Source of the DNA: Bacillus subtilis subsp. subtilis str. 168
GTDB taxonomy: Bacteria; Bacillota; Bacilli; Bacillales; Bacillaceae
Assembly: GCF_000009045.1 (NCBI RefSeq)
Contig: NC_000964.3
Span: 2,914,001 to 2,978,000, forward strand
DNA: 64,000 nt
Direction: 5' to 3'
The stretch's first letter is position 1. The number at the start of each line of letters is the position of its first letter. Below the pieces are notes generated by a model, which was given only the letters and a program-made list of their open reading frames with translations, searched no databases and was not told the DNA's origin. Below are positions 31,689 through 42,508 of the stretch, in pieces. A program made the translations under genes and the position numbers.

Positions 31689-33371
31689 TCAATTCTTTTT
31701 GGCGGCAGATGAAAATTGAAGATTTTTGATCGTTTTCAGACGCTTCATGACATGGTTTTCTTTTCCGAAATAATGAACCAGCTCTTTATATTCAGCGTAC
31801 AATTTTTCATAAACCGCGGCGTTTTCGGCATTTGGCGTATAAGTTATATCTTTCAGTTTTCCCATGTTCGCCGCTGCCTTTTTGATATCATCGTAGCCGC
31901 CTTTTTCTTTGCCTGCTGCAAGCGCGCCGAAAATGGCAGATCCTAAGGCTGGGGCTTGCGGTGAACCAGAGATTTTAATGTCCATGTTTGTCACATCCGC
32001 ATAAATCTGCATGACAAACGGGTTTTTCTCAGCTATTCCGCCGGCTGCGAACAGTTCCTCAATCGGAACACCGCTTTCTTTGAATGTTTCGATAATCATC
32101 CGGGTTCCGTAAGCTGTCGCTTCAACTAACGCTCTATAAATCTCTTCAGGCTTCGTCAGCAGTGTCATGCCAAGCAGCATCCCTGTTAAATCTGCATCAA
32201 CAAGAGTTGAACGGTTTCCATTCCACCAATCTAAAGCAAGCAAGCCGCTTTCACCAGGCGCTTGATGGTTTGCTTTCTCACTCAGCAGCTCATGAACGCC
32301 AATGTTTTTTTCCTTTGCTTCCTCTTGATAAGCTGGCGGGACACATGTTTTCACAAACCAGTCAAAATGATCGCCGACACAGGACTGCCCGGCTTCATAT
32401 CCCGCATAGCCCGGGAGAATTCCGTTGTCCACAACGCCGCACATTCCTGGAACGATATGCACCTCTTCACCAAGTAGAACATGGCACGTCGAGGTTCCCA
32501 TAATCATCAGCATTTTCCCTGGCTCTGTAATGCCGACCGCCGGTACCGAAACATGAGCGTCCACATTGGCAACCGCAACAGCCGTTCCCGGGAGAAGCCC
32601 TGTCAGCTTTGCCATTTTTTCAGTCAGACTGCCGGCTTTTTCTCCTACTGAATGAATAGAACCTGACAATTTGTCCTTTGTAATCGTTTTCATTGAAGGA
32701 TTTAATTTCTCAAAGAAATCATCTGACGGATACCCCGCTTTTTCACTCCACATCGCTTTATACCCTGCGGTACAATTGCTTCGCTTGAGCGAGCCGCACA
32801 GCTGGTACACGATCCAGTCCGCAGCCTCGATGATCCGGTCAGCCGCTTCATAAATGTGAGGCGCTTCCTCGGCAATTTGCATGACCTTTGGAATCATCCA
32901 TTCTGATGAAATTTTTCCTCCGTACCGCTGTAAAAAAGCCTCTCCTTCTTCTTCCGCGATTTGATTGAGCCGATCAGCATGTTTTTGGGCCGCATGATGC
33001 TTCCAGAGCTTCACATAGCTGTGCGGCTCCTCTTCATATTCAGGCAGCATGCATAACGGCTGCCCGCTGCTGTCAATAGGAAGGATCGTACATGCCGTGA
33101 AATCAATTCCAATCCCGATAATGTCTTTCGGGTCAACGCCCGTCTGTTCGAGTAAAGACGGAATGGTTGTTTCCAAGACTTCGAGGTAATCAGCAGGGTG
33201 CTGCAGCGCCCAGTCACGCGGCAGCTTTTGACCCGTTTTTGGAAGGACGGTATCAATGACAGCATGCCTGTATTCTTTTACAGCAGCCGCAAGTTCCTCC
33301 CCTGTTTGGACATGAACGAGCACTGCTCTTCCTGATAAAGTTCCAAAATCAACCCCTATTGTGTAAGCCAT
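31689..33371 (-). CDS. araB: L-ribulokinase
   Basis: FGGY kinase with [12 protein letters not shown] and LDWWNGNRS. Confidence 0.97.
32679..32692 (-). promoter_or_regulatory. Intragenic cre in araB
   Basis: TGAAAACGATTACA on the minus strand. Confidence 0.8.
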
Positions 33372-33384
33372 GTGACATCCCCCT

Positions 33385-34875
33385 CTACTTTTGAAGCCGG
33401 TAAAGCGCCTCGTTCCATTTTAACTCGTGTTTCAGTTTATGAATTGTCGTATCACGGGAAATGAGAACACTTTCGATTCCCGCCATTTCCGCCCAATCAA
33501 GCATTTGCTCCGCTGTCAGTTCATAAGACAGGCAGGTATGGTGTGCACCGCCGGCTAAAATCCATGCCTCCGCTGCTGTTTTCAATGACGGCTCCGGCTT
33601 CCAGAGAACACGGGCAACCGGTAAATTCGGCATGTCTTTTTCAATTTCCTGGCCGTTGACTTCATTCAGCACAAGGCGGAAACGCCCGCCAATATCAACA
33701 ATGCTAGCTTGAATGGCAGAACCGCTGATGCCGTTAAATACCAAACGCGCAGGGTCCTCTTTGCCGCCAATCGAAAGCGAATGAACCTCGATTTTCGGCT
33801 GATCCAAAGCGACAGTCGGACACACTTCAAGCATGTGAGAGCCCAGAATCATTTCATTTCCCGGTTCAAAATGGTACGTGTAATCTTCCATGAAGGAAGT
33901 TCTTTTTCCTTTAGCCATGATTTTCATCATCCGTACAAGGGCCGCTGTCTTCCAATCTCCTTCACCGGCAAACCCATAGCCTTTCTCCATCAGGCGCTGA
34001 ACGGCAAGTCCCGGCAGCTGTTTCATTCCGTGCAGCACTTCAAACGATGTCGTAAACGCTGTGTATCCGCCTTGCTCAAGAAAAGCGGTTAATCCAAGTT
34101 CAATTTTCGCCTGTTCTTTAATGGACGCTACCTTTGCTTCGTCACGTTTTGTTTCCTCACTGATCACATATAGTCTGTCATACTCGGCATAAAGCGTGTC
34201 AACCTCGTCGTCCGTAATGCGATCCATCACTTCAACGAGATCCCCGATGCCATATCCGTCAACCTGCCAGCCAAATTGAATATGCGCTCCCACCTTGTCT
34301 CCGTCCGTTACCGCGACATGACGCATGTTATCTCCAAATCTGGCAACCTTAATATGTCTGCTTTCATTTAATGCAGCCGCCGTATCCATCCACTGGGACA
34401 TTTCTTTTTTCACTTCTTCATCATCCCAATAGCCGGCAATGACTTTTCGGCTAAGCCCCATTCTCGAGTTGATGTAACCGTACTCTCGATCGCCATGCGC
34501 GGATTGGTTGCTGTTCATAAAATCCATGTCAATCGTACCCCACGGGATATCGCGATTATATTGGGTATGCAAATGCATAAGCGGTTTTTGATAAGAGGAA
34601 AGGCCTTCTATCCACATTTTTGCAGGGGAAAATGTGTGCATCCATGTAATGATGCCAGCACATGTCTCACTGTACTCCGCTTCTCTTAACAGCTCTCTAA
34701 TGGTTTCCGGTGAAGTGACGACGGGCTTATGAGTGATTTTATATCTGGAAGAAATCCCGCTGAGCCCCTCACAAATGCTTTTAGCATGCTGATCTACGAG
34801 TTCCAGCGTCTCTTCCCCGTATAGGTGCTGGCTTCCTGTCACAAACCAGAATTCATAATCCTTTGTCTGAAGCAT
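33385..34875 (-). CDS. araA: L-arabinose isomerase
   Basis: [27 protein letters not shown] and GGAHH motifs. Confidence 0.98.
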
Positions 34876-34898
34876 GTAAACTGCCCCTTTCTCATAAA

Positions 34899-34912
34899 AT
34901 AAAACGCTTTCA
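34899..34912 (-). promoter_or_regulatory. cre site in the araA leader
   Basis: TGAAAGCGTTTTAT on the minus strand. Confidence 0.8.
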
Positions 34913-34918
34913 AATACA

Positions 34919-34976
34919 AAAGATACGTACTAATGATAGAAAATAAACCTATAAATAAATATTTGTACGAACAATT
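34919..34976. promoter_or_regulatory. Two AraR operators
   Basis: AAAGATACGTACTAAT (34919-34934) and ATTTGTACGAACAATT (34961-34976), 42 bp apart. Confidence 0.85.
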
Positions 34977-34978
34977 TT

Positions 34979-35007
34979 ATTATAGTAATTGACTATTATA
35001 CTGTCAA
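34979..35007 (-). promoter_or_regulatory. SigA promoter of the ara operon
   Basis: Perfect TTGACA-N17-TATAAT. Confidence 0.95.
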
Positions 35008-35020
35008 TCTTTTCTTTTAA

Positions 35021-35049
35021 AAAAAGCCGGGGGCAGAGCCCGGCTTTTT
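35021..35049. terminator. Terminator after abnA
   Basis: AAAAAGCCGGG-ggcagag-CCCGGCTTTTT. Confidence 0.9.
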
Positions 35050-35052
35050 AAT

Positions 35053-36024
35053 TCAATAGGACGGCCAGCCCGAGCTCCAATTCAAATCATTGATGAGAAG
35101 CTTTGGAATGCCGTTGTCATTGGCATCATAGGCATGGCGAACAAGAATGTTTCCGTTCACAATATCCTGGCCTCCAGGTCCTTTCCATTGGTCATTGCCC
35201 GAATCCAAAATGGTGCCTCCGCCTTCAAGCATGCTTTTTCCGCTTTTATCAAGATAAGGGCCTGTAATGCTTTTGGATCTTCCGTAAGCAATTTTGTACG
35301 TACTGTTTACCCCGTCACAGCATTTATCAAATGAAACCATTAAATAGTAATATCCATTTTGATACGTAAGAGTAGGAGCTTCTAAGGCACCTCCATTATT
35401 CGGTCTAGCTGCAATCGAATAGAGCGAGCCTGTAGGCTTCATTGTACTCTTATCGAGCTTAGTCAGCTTAATGCCGCTCCAAAACGAGCCGAATGCAAGC
35501 CACGGGTTGCCATCCTTATCGAATGTCAGCTCCGGATCAATGGCGTTATAATTATTTGAGCTTGTCGAACGGATCACCAAGCCCTCGTCCTTCCAGCCCC
35601 CCGAACTGATGCTTGTTGAAGATGCCAGGCCAATGGCAGATGTATTGCTTCCAAAAGAAGAAACGGAATAATATAGCCAGTACTTGCCGTTATAGTATTG
35701 GATGTCCGGCGCCCACTGGTTTTGGCCATAATTCGGCACATAATTGGACCACCACGATAGCGGTGTAGTGAAAATGGATTTTTGTACGGTCCAATTTTTA
35801 GCGTCTGAAGACTTCAAAACCCGCAGTCCCCGTTCTTCAGTAAGCCCTGTTCCGAGCGCATACCATGAGCTCCCCTCTTTAATCATAGTCGGGTCATGAA
35901 GCAGCTCATTGGATGCACCCCAAAACGCTGCCTCTGCGGGAGCAGCAGAAGTGAATATCAAACCTGCAGCCAGAGCTGCACTCGAAAAGTGTAAGAAGCG
36001 TTTCCATGTTTTTTTCTTTTTCAA
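35053..36024 (-). CDS. abnA: Secreted endo-1,5-alpha-L-arabinanase (GH43)
   Basis: Signal peptide, LLHDP, WAPD, NAIDP and LEAP motifs; TTG start. Confidence 0.96.
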   Translation of the reverse strand: MKKKKTWKRFLHFSSAALAAGLIFTSAAPAEAAFWGASNELLHDPTMIKEGSSWYALGTGLTEERGLRVLKSSDAKNWTVQKSIFTTPLSWWSNYVPNYGQNQWAPDIQYYNGKYWLYYSVSSFGSNTSAIGLASSTSISSGGWKDEGLVIRSTSSNNYNAIDPELTFDKDGNPWLAFGSFWSGIKLTKLDKSTMKPTGSLYSIAARPNNGGALEAPTLTYQNGYYYLMVSFDKCCDGVNSTYKIAYGRSKSITGPYLDKSGKSMLEGGGTILDSGNDQWKGPGGQDIVNGNILVRHAYDANDNGIPKLLINDLNWSSGWPSY

Positions 36025-36047
36025 TTTTGTTCAACCTCCTTTATTTT

Positions 36048-36061
36048 AGAAAGCGCTTACA
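36048..36061 (-). promoter_or_regulatory. cre site in the abnA leader
   Basis: TGTAAGCGCTTTCT. Confidence 0.8.
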
Positions 36062-36145
36062 AATTAGATTATTTATCCTCCCTTCCTGTCAAATCGACTG
36101 CGTATCGTATATCGTCATGTTCAGGAAATTTTCGGTATCCCCTTT

Positions 36146-36181
36146 ATTGTAGTCACTATGCTGTAATTTGTACAGACAAAA
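36146..36181 (-). promoter_or_regulatory. abnA promoter with overlapping AraR operator
   Basis: TGTACA-N17-TACAAT; operator ATTTGTACAGACAAAA at 36166-36181 covers the -35. Confidence 0.75.
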
Positions 36182-36212
36182 AAATAGAATCCACCTCAAT
36201 AGGCGGATTCTT
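36181..36212 (-). terminator. Terminator after ysdC
   Basis: AGAATCCGCCT/AGGTGGATTCT stem (one G-U pair) followed by a T-rich run. Confidence 0.75.
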
Positions 36213-36220
36213 CCGTATCT

Positions 36221-37306
36221 TTATTGGTACGTAATTTCGTCAACCGTTTTTCGGTCTAACTTCTTAATGACTTCTGTAATTAACTTTACCGCGTTTTCAT
36301 AATCATCACGATGCAGCATGGCCGCGTGCGTATGAATGTAGCGGGTTGCAATGGTAATGGACAGCGCAGGAACGCCATTTGCCGTCAAATGGATGGCACC
36401 CGAATCAGTTCCGCCGCCGGCAATGGCATCAAATTGGTACGGAATGCCGGCTTCCTCCGCAGTGGCTACAACTGCATCGCGCAAACCTTTGTGAGAGACC
36501 ATGGATGCATCGTAAACGATAATCTGCGGGCCTTTGCCCATTTTGCTCTGCGCTTCCTTCTCGGAAATGCCAGGCGTGTCTCCTGCTATCCCTACATCAA
36601 CACCAAACGCAATATCAGGCTGAATGGTGTGTGCAGCCGTTTTCGCTCCCCTCAGCCCGACTTCCTCCTGCACGGTTCCGACGCCATACACTATATTTGG
36701 ATGATCTGTGTTTTGTAAGTTTCTTAACACATCAATAGCAATCGCACAGCCGATGCGGTTGTCCCAGGCCTTTGCGAGTAGGAATTTTTCATTGTTCATG
36801 ACCGTAAATTCAAAATGCGGAACGATCATATCTCCCGGAAGTACACCCCACTCCAAGGCTTCTTCCCGGCTTGAAGCTCCAATATCAATAAACATGTCTT
36901 TTATTTCCACTGATTTTTTTCTTGCTTCAGGAGACAAAATATGAGGCGGCTTAGATCCGATAACCCCTGTGATTTCTCCTTTTTTTGTGACAATGGTGAC
37001 GCGCTGAGCAAGCATAACCTGAGCCCACCAGCCGCCAACGGTTTGAAAACGGATAAAGCCTTTATCTGTGATTTGTGTCACCATAAAGCCGACTTCATCC
37101 AAATGTCCGGCGATCATAATTTTCGGGCCGTTTTCTGCACCAGTTTTTTTTGCAATTAAACTGCCCAGGCGATCTGTTGTCACCTCATCAGCAAATGGTT
37201 CTATGTATGATTTCATCACTTGCCTTACTTCTCTTTCATTGCCCGGTATGCCTTTTGCATCTGTTAAATCTTTCAGCATGGTCAATGTTTCATCTAATTT
37301 TGCCAT
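36221..37306 (-). CDS. ysdC: M42-family (TET) aminopeptidase
   Basis: [25 protein letters not shown] and RYIH metal-ligand motifs. Confidence 0.93.
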
Positions 37307-37423
37307 GTTCCAAACCCTCCTTCATCAGTCCTGCATTCTTATTATACAAAACATGGCGCTAACCATACGACTATTTCACTTGAAAATCGGGTATATGTTT
37401 TTACAGCTTTCTTTTAGAAAAAG

Positions 37424-37449
37424 TGAAACCTTTTTCTATGCTTTTCGTA
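37424..37449 (+). promoter_or_regulatory. ECF (SigW-type) promoter of ysdB
   Basis: TGAAAC-N16-CGTA, an exact SigW consensus. Confidence 0.85.
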
Positions 37450-37489
37450 TTACATCAGATCATCACCATAAGGGAGGTGCCTTCACACA

Positions 37490-37882
37490 ATGTTTGTCAT
37501 GGTTCTAAGGATTATTTTGCTTGCACTTTTTGCTTATTGTATTTATGCCGTGGTCAAATATGTCGCGAATCCTAAGAGAAGGCTTAAGCTGGCCCAATCA
37601 AAAGAACATTTTTATATTATTGATGAACAAAACAATACCCGGAAGAATTTTCAGCTGACGTATAAAGGCGTGCTTTTTGAGGGAGAAAAGCATATTCCTT
37701 CCAAGGATCATCCGCTGTTTATTCACACGATCTTTGTCTGGACAGAATCTCCTGAGAAGCTGAAACATTTCTCTGCAAAAGATTTTGAGAACATTGAAGA
37801 AAAAGTGCTGGAACGATATCCAAATTGTAAGATTGACTGGGACCAGCCCATTAAACTCGCAAAAAAAGCAGAAGAGCGTTAA
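37490..37882 (+). CDS. ysdB: Membrane-anchored SigW-regulated protein
   Basis: 130 aa, single N-terminal TM segment, AGGGAGGTG RBS. Confidence 0.85.
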   Translation: MFVMVLRIILLALFAYCIYAVVKYVANPKRRLKLAQSKEHFYIIDEQNNTRKNFQLTYKGVLFEGEKHIPSKDHPLFIHTIFVWTESPEKLKHFSAKDFENIEEKVLERYPNCKIDWDQPIKLAKKAEER

Positions 37883-37899
37883 ACGCTTTTCTGCTTTTT
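37863..37899. terminator. Bidirectional terminator ysdB/ysdA
   Basis: AAAAAGCAGAAGAGCGTT / AACGCTTTTCTGCTTTTT long stem overlapping both stops. Confidence 0.85.
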
Positions 37900-38167
37900 A
37901 TAAATCAAACGGGCTGTAGTAAATAGCGATGAGAATCGCTTCTATTACCAGAAGAAGCGGTACTCCGTACTTAAAAGAAGCGTGTTTCGTTTTATGTCTG
38001 AAGGTTTGCATGCCAAGCCAGACACCGAGCGCTCCAAACACGATGGCTATCAGCCACAGCCGGTCTTCAGAAATTCTCCACTTGTGCTGCTGCGCTTTGC
38101 GTTTGTCAATGCCCATCACCCAAAAACCGCACAGATTAATCAACACCAAATAAGCAGCAATAATCAT
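37898..38167 (-). CDS. ysdA: DUF1294-like small membrane protein
   Basis: DKRKAQQHKWRISE and FRHKTKH motifs; 89 aa. Confidence 0.87.
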   Translation of the reverse strand: MIIAAYLVLINLCGFWVMGIDKRKAQQHKWRISEDRLWLIAIVFGALGVWLGMQTFRHKTKHASFKYGVPLLLVIEAILIAIYYSPFDL

Positions 38168-38188
38168 GTTGCCTCATCCTTTATATAG

Positions 38189-38215
38189 AAAAAGCCGCTC
38201 TGCTGGAGAGCGGCT
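38189..38215 (-). terminator. Terminator after rplT
   Basis: AGCCGCTCT/AGAGCGGCT plus T-run on the minus strand. Confidence 0.88.
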
Positions 38216-38223
38216 CTATATGA

Positions 38224-38595
<372 letters not shown>

Positions 38596-38614
38596 CTAAT
38601 TGTTCCTTATCCGA

Positions 38615-38827
<213 letters not shown>

Positions 38828-39349
38828 TTATTGCTTTTCGTTTTTCGGTGCGAGCATTAAGAACATGCTGCGGCCGTCCATTTTTGGTTTTGTTTCGACT
38901 GTCGCAACCTCAGCACATGCTTCGGAGAAACGGTCTAATACACGCTGACCGATTTCTTTATGAGTGATTGCGCGTCCTTTAAAGCGGATAGAAGCTTTCA
39001 CTTTATCGCCTTTTTCAAGGAATTTAATCGCATTGCGCAATTTCGTGTTAAAGTCATGCTCATCGATTGTCGGACTTAACCGAACTTCTTTTAAGTTAAT
39101 GATTTTTTGATTCTTGCGTGCTTCTTTTTCCTTTTTCTGCTGCTCAAATCGGAACTTACCGTAGTCCATGATTCGGCAGACAGGCGGTTTTGCATTCGCT
39201 GCAACTAACACAAGGTCAAGATTTGCGCGGCCGGCGATTTCAAGTGCTTCCTGACGGGACTTGATTCCAAGCTGGTCGCCATTTTGTCCGATTAAACGGA
39301 CCTCACGTGCACGGATACCCTCATTAACCAATTGATCTTTGCTAATAAT
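38828..39349 (-). CDS. infC: Translation initiation factor IF-3 (ATT start)
   Basis: GGAGG RBS 6 nt before ATT-ATT-AGC-AAA, giving [13 protein letters not shown] (173 aa); [12 protein letters not shown] motif. Confidence 0.97.
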   Translation of the reverse strand: MISKDQLVNEGIRAREVRLIGQNGDQLGIKSRQEALEIAGRANLDLVLVAANAKPPVCRIMDYGKFRFEQQKKEKEARKNQKIINLKEVRLSPTIDEHDFNTKLRNAIKFLEKGDKVKASIRFKGRAITHKEIGQRVLDRFSEACAEVATVETKPKMDGRSMFLMLAPKNEKQ

Positions 39350-39411
39350 GAGCCACCTCCATAGTTTCTTCGAATTGATTCACAACTCATTTTGAATGCA
39401 TTTTGCAGGCA

Positions 39412-39550
39412 AACAAAAAGTGTGGGCATTATAAAACACCCACACTACGAACATCTGTATCAATAAAAATGTACGGTCAACCTGCCAACTACATGCATGT
39501 GTCAATCAGGTGAGAAGCGGGTGCTTCTGCTTGTGATTTATATTCAATTC
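39412..39550 (-). promoter_or_regulatory. L20 leader (ribosomal-protein autoregulatory RNA)
   Basis: AGAAGCACCCGCTTCT (39513-39528) and terminator AGTGTGGG...CCCACACT plus T-run (39415-39446) upstream of infC. Confidence 0.88.
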
Positions 39551-39557
39551 AATAACT

Positions 39558-39586
39558 ATTCTACACAATACCGGATCTTTAGTCAA
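39558..39586 (-). promoter_or_regulatory. SigA promoter of infC operon
   Basis: TTGACT-N17-TAGAAT. Confidence 0.85.
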
Positions 39587-39794
39587 GGACGACTTATCCG
39601 GAACAACTTTTACATTGTAACATGGGTTTTCTATGAGCGCAAGAGAGAAAAAGAAAATCTTTCATCCCCACCCAGAATACAAAGAACCAACAATTCCCCC
39701 TTATTACGCAATTTACAACAAAACCACCGACAGGAAGAAATGTAAAACAAAGTTAATCTCTGACCGATATAAGGAGCAGAAGGGAGCCTGACAC

Positions 39795-40460
39795 ATGAAC
39801 AAACTGATACAGCTTGCTTTATTTTTCACATTGATGTTAACCGGTTGCTCGAATAGCAGCACATCTTCCGAATCAAAAGTCGAAACCACTGTTAAGACAA
39901 CGGCAGCATTTCCTCAAAAGGAGCTGGAGAAAGAGCTAAAAAAACTAAAACCCGTTTCATTGGACATGAAGTTCGAGAGTCCACTCGCTACCGAGTTAGG
40001 AAAGCGGAAGGCAAAAGAGGAAGCTGAAAAGCAAAGACAAATCGCCGCTGAGAAAAAGCTTGAAAAAGAGCGGGAGGCGAAACGAAAGAAACAGCAGGAG
40101 GAAAAAGCGGAGAGACAGCGATTAGCAGAGCAGCAGGCTGCAGAGAGACAGCGATTAGCCGAAGCGGAAAGACAAGCTGAACTTGAAAGACAGCGGCAGG
40201 CAGCAATCCAAAAAGAGCAGAAAGCGAACGCTGAGAAAAAGCGGCAATCGCAGGCACAACGGCAGCAGACTGAGGCACCCTCATCTAATAGTCAAGATCC
40301 ACCATCTTCCTCGAGTCAGACAGATAAAACCATTCAACAGCCAGCTTCAGAGCTTCCTGATGACGATGGTTATGGTTATGAAGAACGAAAAAAGTGGCAT
40401 GACGATCAAGTAGAATGGGGCATTAAACAAGGGTATATCGATCCCGAAGACGCACCATAA
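39795..40460 (+). CDS. yscB: Uncharacterised lipoprotein with charged coiled-coil repeat region
   Basis: Lipobox LTGC (Cys18), E/K/Q/R-rich helix, S/Q-rich linker; AAGGGAG RBS. Confidence 0.85.
   Translation: MNKLIQLALFFTLMLTGCSNSSTSSESKVETTVKTTAAFPQKELEKELKKLKPVSLDMKFESPLATELGKRKAKEEAEKQRQIAAEKKLEKEREAKRKKQQEEKAERQRLAEQQAAERQRLAEAERQAELERQRQAAIQKEQKANAEKKRQSQAQRQQTEAPSSNSQDPPSSSSQTDKTIQQPASELPDDDGYGYEERKKWHDDQVEWGIKQGYIDPEDAP
40110..40159 (+). repeat. 17-bp direct repeat, 33-bp period, within yscB
   Basis: GAGAGACAGCGATTAGC at 40110-40126 and 40143-40159, encoding AERQRLAE twice. Confidence 0.9.
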
Positions 40461-40463
40461 AAT

Positions 40464-40493
40464 AAAAAAAGCCAAGGCATTCAGCCTTGGCTT
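40464..40493. terminator. Terminator between yscB and lrgB
   Basis: AAGCCAAGGC-attca-GCCTTGGCTT, with T-run on the minus strand. Confidence 0.82.
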
Positions 40494-41187
40494 ATCCTCC
40501 GATCAGCTGCACGAACACAGGGATGACCAGAACCGTTACCACTCCTACTACGACAACAGCAATACTTGCCATCGCAGCTTCAACTTCTCCCATCTCAATC
40601 CCGACCGCTACACCAAGTGCATGTCCGGATGTTCCAAGAGCCAATCCTTTAGAAATCGGATTTTTCACTTTAAACACCTTCAAGAACAATGCTCCGAGCG
40701 CATATACGATGACAGCGTTAAAGATGACCGCAAAGGCTGTGATGTCGCTGATGCCCCCGATGCCTTTTGATAAAGGAAGCGCAATTGCCGTTGTAGCCGC
40801 CTGCGGAAGCATGCTTTTCATTACGGCCGAATCGAGATGAATGCCTTTAGCGAGCAGATAAACAATCGTGACAGAGCAGATAGAGCCGGCAATAATGGAG
40901 GCCATGATTTGCCACCAGTACTTTTTAAGCTTATCTCTTTGTTTGTACAAAGGAATTGCAAATGCGATCGTTGCCGGTTCAAGAAAAAACTTAATGATCT
41001 CTCCCCCGTTATTATAATCCGCGTAGGAAAAACCGCCGATTTTTAAAAATGCGATCCCCAGCACCATGGCAACAAACAAAGGAGTGAAAAGGAAGAAGCC
41101 TTTCGTTTTCTTAAATAAAAAGGTGCCGATGCCGAATGCAGCAAGTGATACGACAATCCCAAAATAAGGACTCATTGTGCTTTCCAT
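40492..41187 (-). CDS. lrgB: LrgB-family membrane protein (pyruvate transporter PftB)
   Basis: [15 protein letters not shown] and [12 protein letters not shown] motifs. Confidence 0.95.
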   Translation of the reverse strand: MESTMSPYFGIVVSLAAFGIGTFLFKKTKGFFLFTPLFVAMVLGIAFLKIGGFSYADYNNGGEIIKFFLEPATIAFAIPLYKQRDKLKKYWWQIMASIIAGSICSVTIVYLLAKGIHLDSAVMKSMLPQAATTAIALPLSKGIGGISDITAFAVIFNAVIVYALGALFLKVFKVKNPISKGLALGTSGHALGVAVGIEMGEVEAAMASIAVVVVGVVTVLVIPVFVQLIGG

Positions 41188-41208
41188 GTGAAGAACCTCC
41201 TGTTTCCC

Positions 41209-41649
41209 TTAATGGTGAACGAGTTCGTTATTGTTCTGCGGGCTTTGCACTGTTTTTGTTTTCATGTCCGCTTCGGTTTTGCGTTTTCCGCTCAGCGACA
41301 GAATCAGCTGAGAAAACAATCCCGTAGCCCCCAGCAAAATAATCGTTGCGAGCAGAATGACAAGAACAATTTGCAGGCCGTATTGCTGCATCACACCAAG
41401 CGAATTCATAACAGATATACCTGATGGAACAAATAAAAATCCGATCAGAGAGGTTAAAGACGTTCCGAGCGTCTCCACTTGTTCCAGTTTAATGACTTTC
41501 AAACATAATAGGAGAAATAATAAGACCAACCCTACAACCGATGCCGGGATAGGTATTGGGACAATAGCGGCAATCATATTTGAAACCAGCATAATGACGG
41601 CAAAAATAAATGCTTGTGTTAAAAACCCGTACACTTTTTTAGCACTCAT
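41209..41649 (-). CDS. lrgA: LrgA/CidA-family membrane protein (PftA)
   Basis: PIPASVVG and FLFVPSGI motifs; start MSAKK after AGAGGTG. Confidence 0.94.
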   Translation of the reverse strand: MSAKKVYGFLTQAFIFAVIMLVSNMIAAIVPIPIPASVVGLVLLFLLLCLKVIKLEQVETLGTSLTSLIGFLFVPSGISVMNSLGVMQQYGLQIVLVILLATIILLGATGLFSQLILSLSGKRKTEADMKTKTVQSPQNNNELVHH

Positions 41650-41702
41650 TTTCTTCACCTCTTTCTCTTTGGTACCCTCATTATAAATAAGAATTCCCTG
41701 TT

Positions 41703-41716
41703 ATAAAGCGCTTACA
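41703..41716 (-). promoter_or_regulatory. cre site at the lrgA/pftA promoter
   Basis: TGTAAGCGCTTTAT, immediately downstream of the extended -10 TGTTATCTT. Confidence 0.82.
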
Positions 41717-41739
41717 AGATAACATGCCGTATAGCGGGT

Positions 41740-41770
41740 CTGAGTTGCAGAATCAAATGGCTGAAATGCA
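41740..41770 (-). promoter_or_regulatory. LytT binding direct repeats
   Basis: TGCATTTCAG-N11-TGCAACTCAG, the 21-bp period typical of LytTR regulators. Confidence 0.8.
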
Positions 41771-41782
41771 AAAAGCCGCCCA

Positions 41783-42508
41783 TCAAATATGGAGCAGCTT
41801 TTTCAATTCCTTCGCATATGTCCGGCTGACCGGTATTTTCGATCCGTCTTTCATGATCAGATTATACGTTGAATTAAACCATGGCTGAATTTCTTTAATA
41901 TATTCAGTATTCACGACAAAGCTCCGATGGACGCGGATAAAATCAGAATCCGGCAGCTTTTTCTCAATCACAACGAGTGTATCGCTGACCGTATAAGAAT
42001 GATCGAAGGTTTTTACATTGACATGACCATCTTCTGTTCCGGCATAGATAATGTCCTTCGTATCCACAATCACAATCGATTCCCCCACAGATAGCGCGAG
42101 CTTGTGCTGGCCGGCATGGCTGTTTTGCTCTGTTTCTACAATATCCCGATTGACTTTTTTATATTTTTTCAGCGTTTGCTGAATTCTTTCTTCATCGAAA
42201 GGCTTGGTTAAATAATCAAGAGCGTCCACCTCAAACGCTTTGAGCGCATACTGGTCATACGCTGTCGCAAACACAATAGCAGGAGGATGCTTCATTTTCT
42301 TCAATCGCTTTGCGATATCAAAACCGTTTTCTCCGGATAAATCAACGTCTAAAAACAGCAAATCAGGTTTTTGATCCATCATTTGGTCAAAAGCGGATTC
42401 GATATTTTCCGCTTCATTGATTTCCATTTCATCATTGGTCCGCTTAAGCAAGTAAGCCAGTTCATCCCTTGCCAGCATCTCATCATCAACTATTAACACC
42501 CTGAGCAT
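41783..42508 (-). CDS. lytT: LytTR-family response regulator
   Basis: Receiver VDDE...LFLDVDL and LytTR FIRVHRSFVVN, IPVSR. Confidence 0.96.
   Translation of the reverse strand: MLRVLIVDDEMLARDELAYLLKRTNDEMEINEAENIESAFDQMMDQKPDLLFLDVDLSGENGFDIAKRLKKMKHPPAIVFATAYDQYALKAFEVDALDYLTKPFDEERIQQTLKKYKKVNRDIVETEQNSHAGQHKLALSVGESIVIVDTKDIIYAGTEDGHVNVKTFDHSYTVSDTLVVIEKKLPDSDFIRVHRSFVVNTEYIKEIQPWFNSTYNLIMKDGSKIPVSRTYAKELKKLLHI

Noticed and set aside
39608-39622. TTACA-T-TGTAA palindrome upstream of yscB
   Set aside because: It is short and AT-rich, and the spacing does not fit PhoP/WalR repeats; consistent with chance.
39497-39745. 82-aa ORF between infC and yscB
   Set aside because: It runs antisense across the L20 leader and infC promoter, with no SD before the ATG and no motif.
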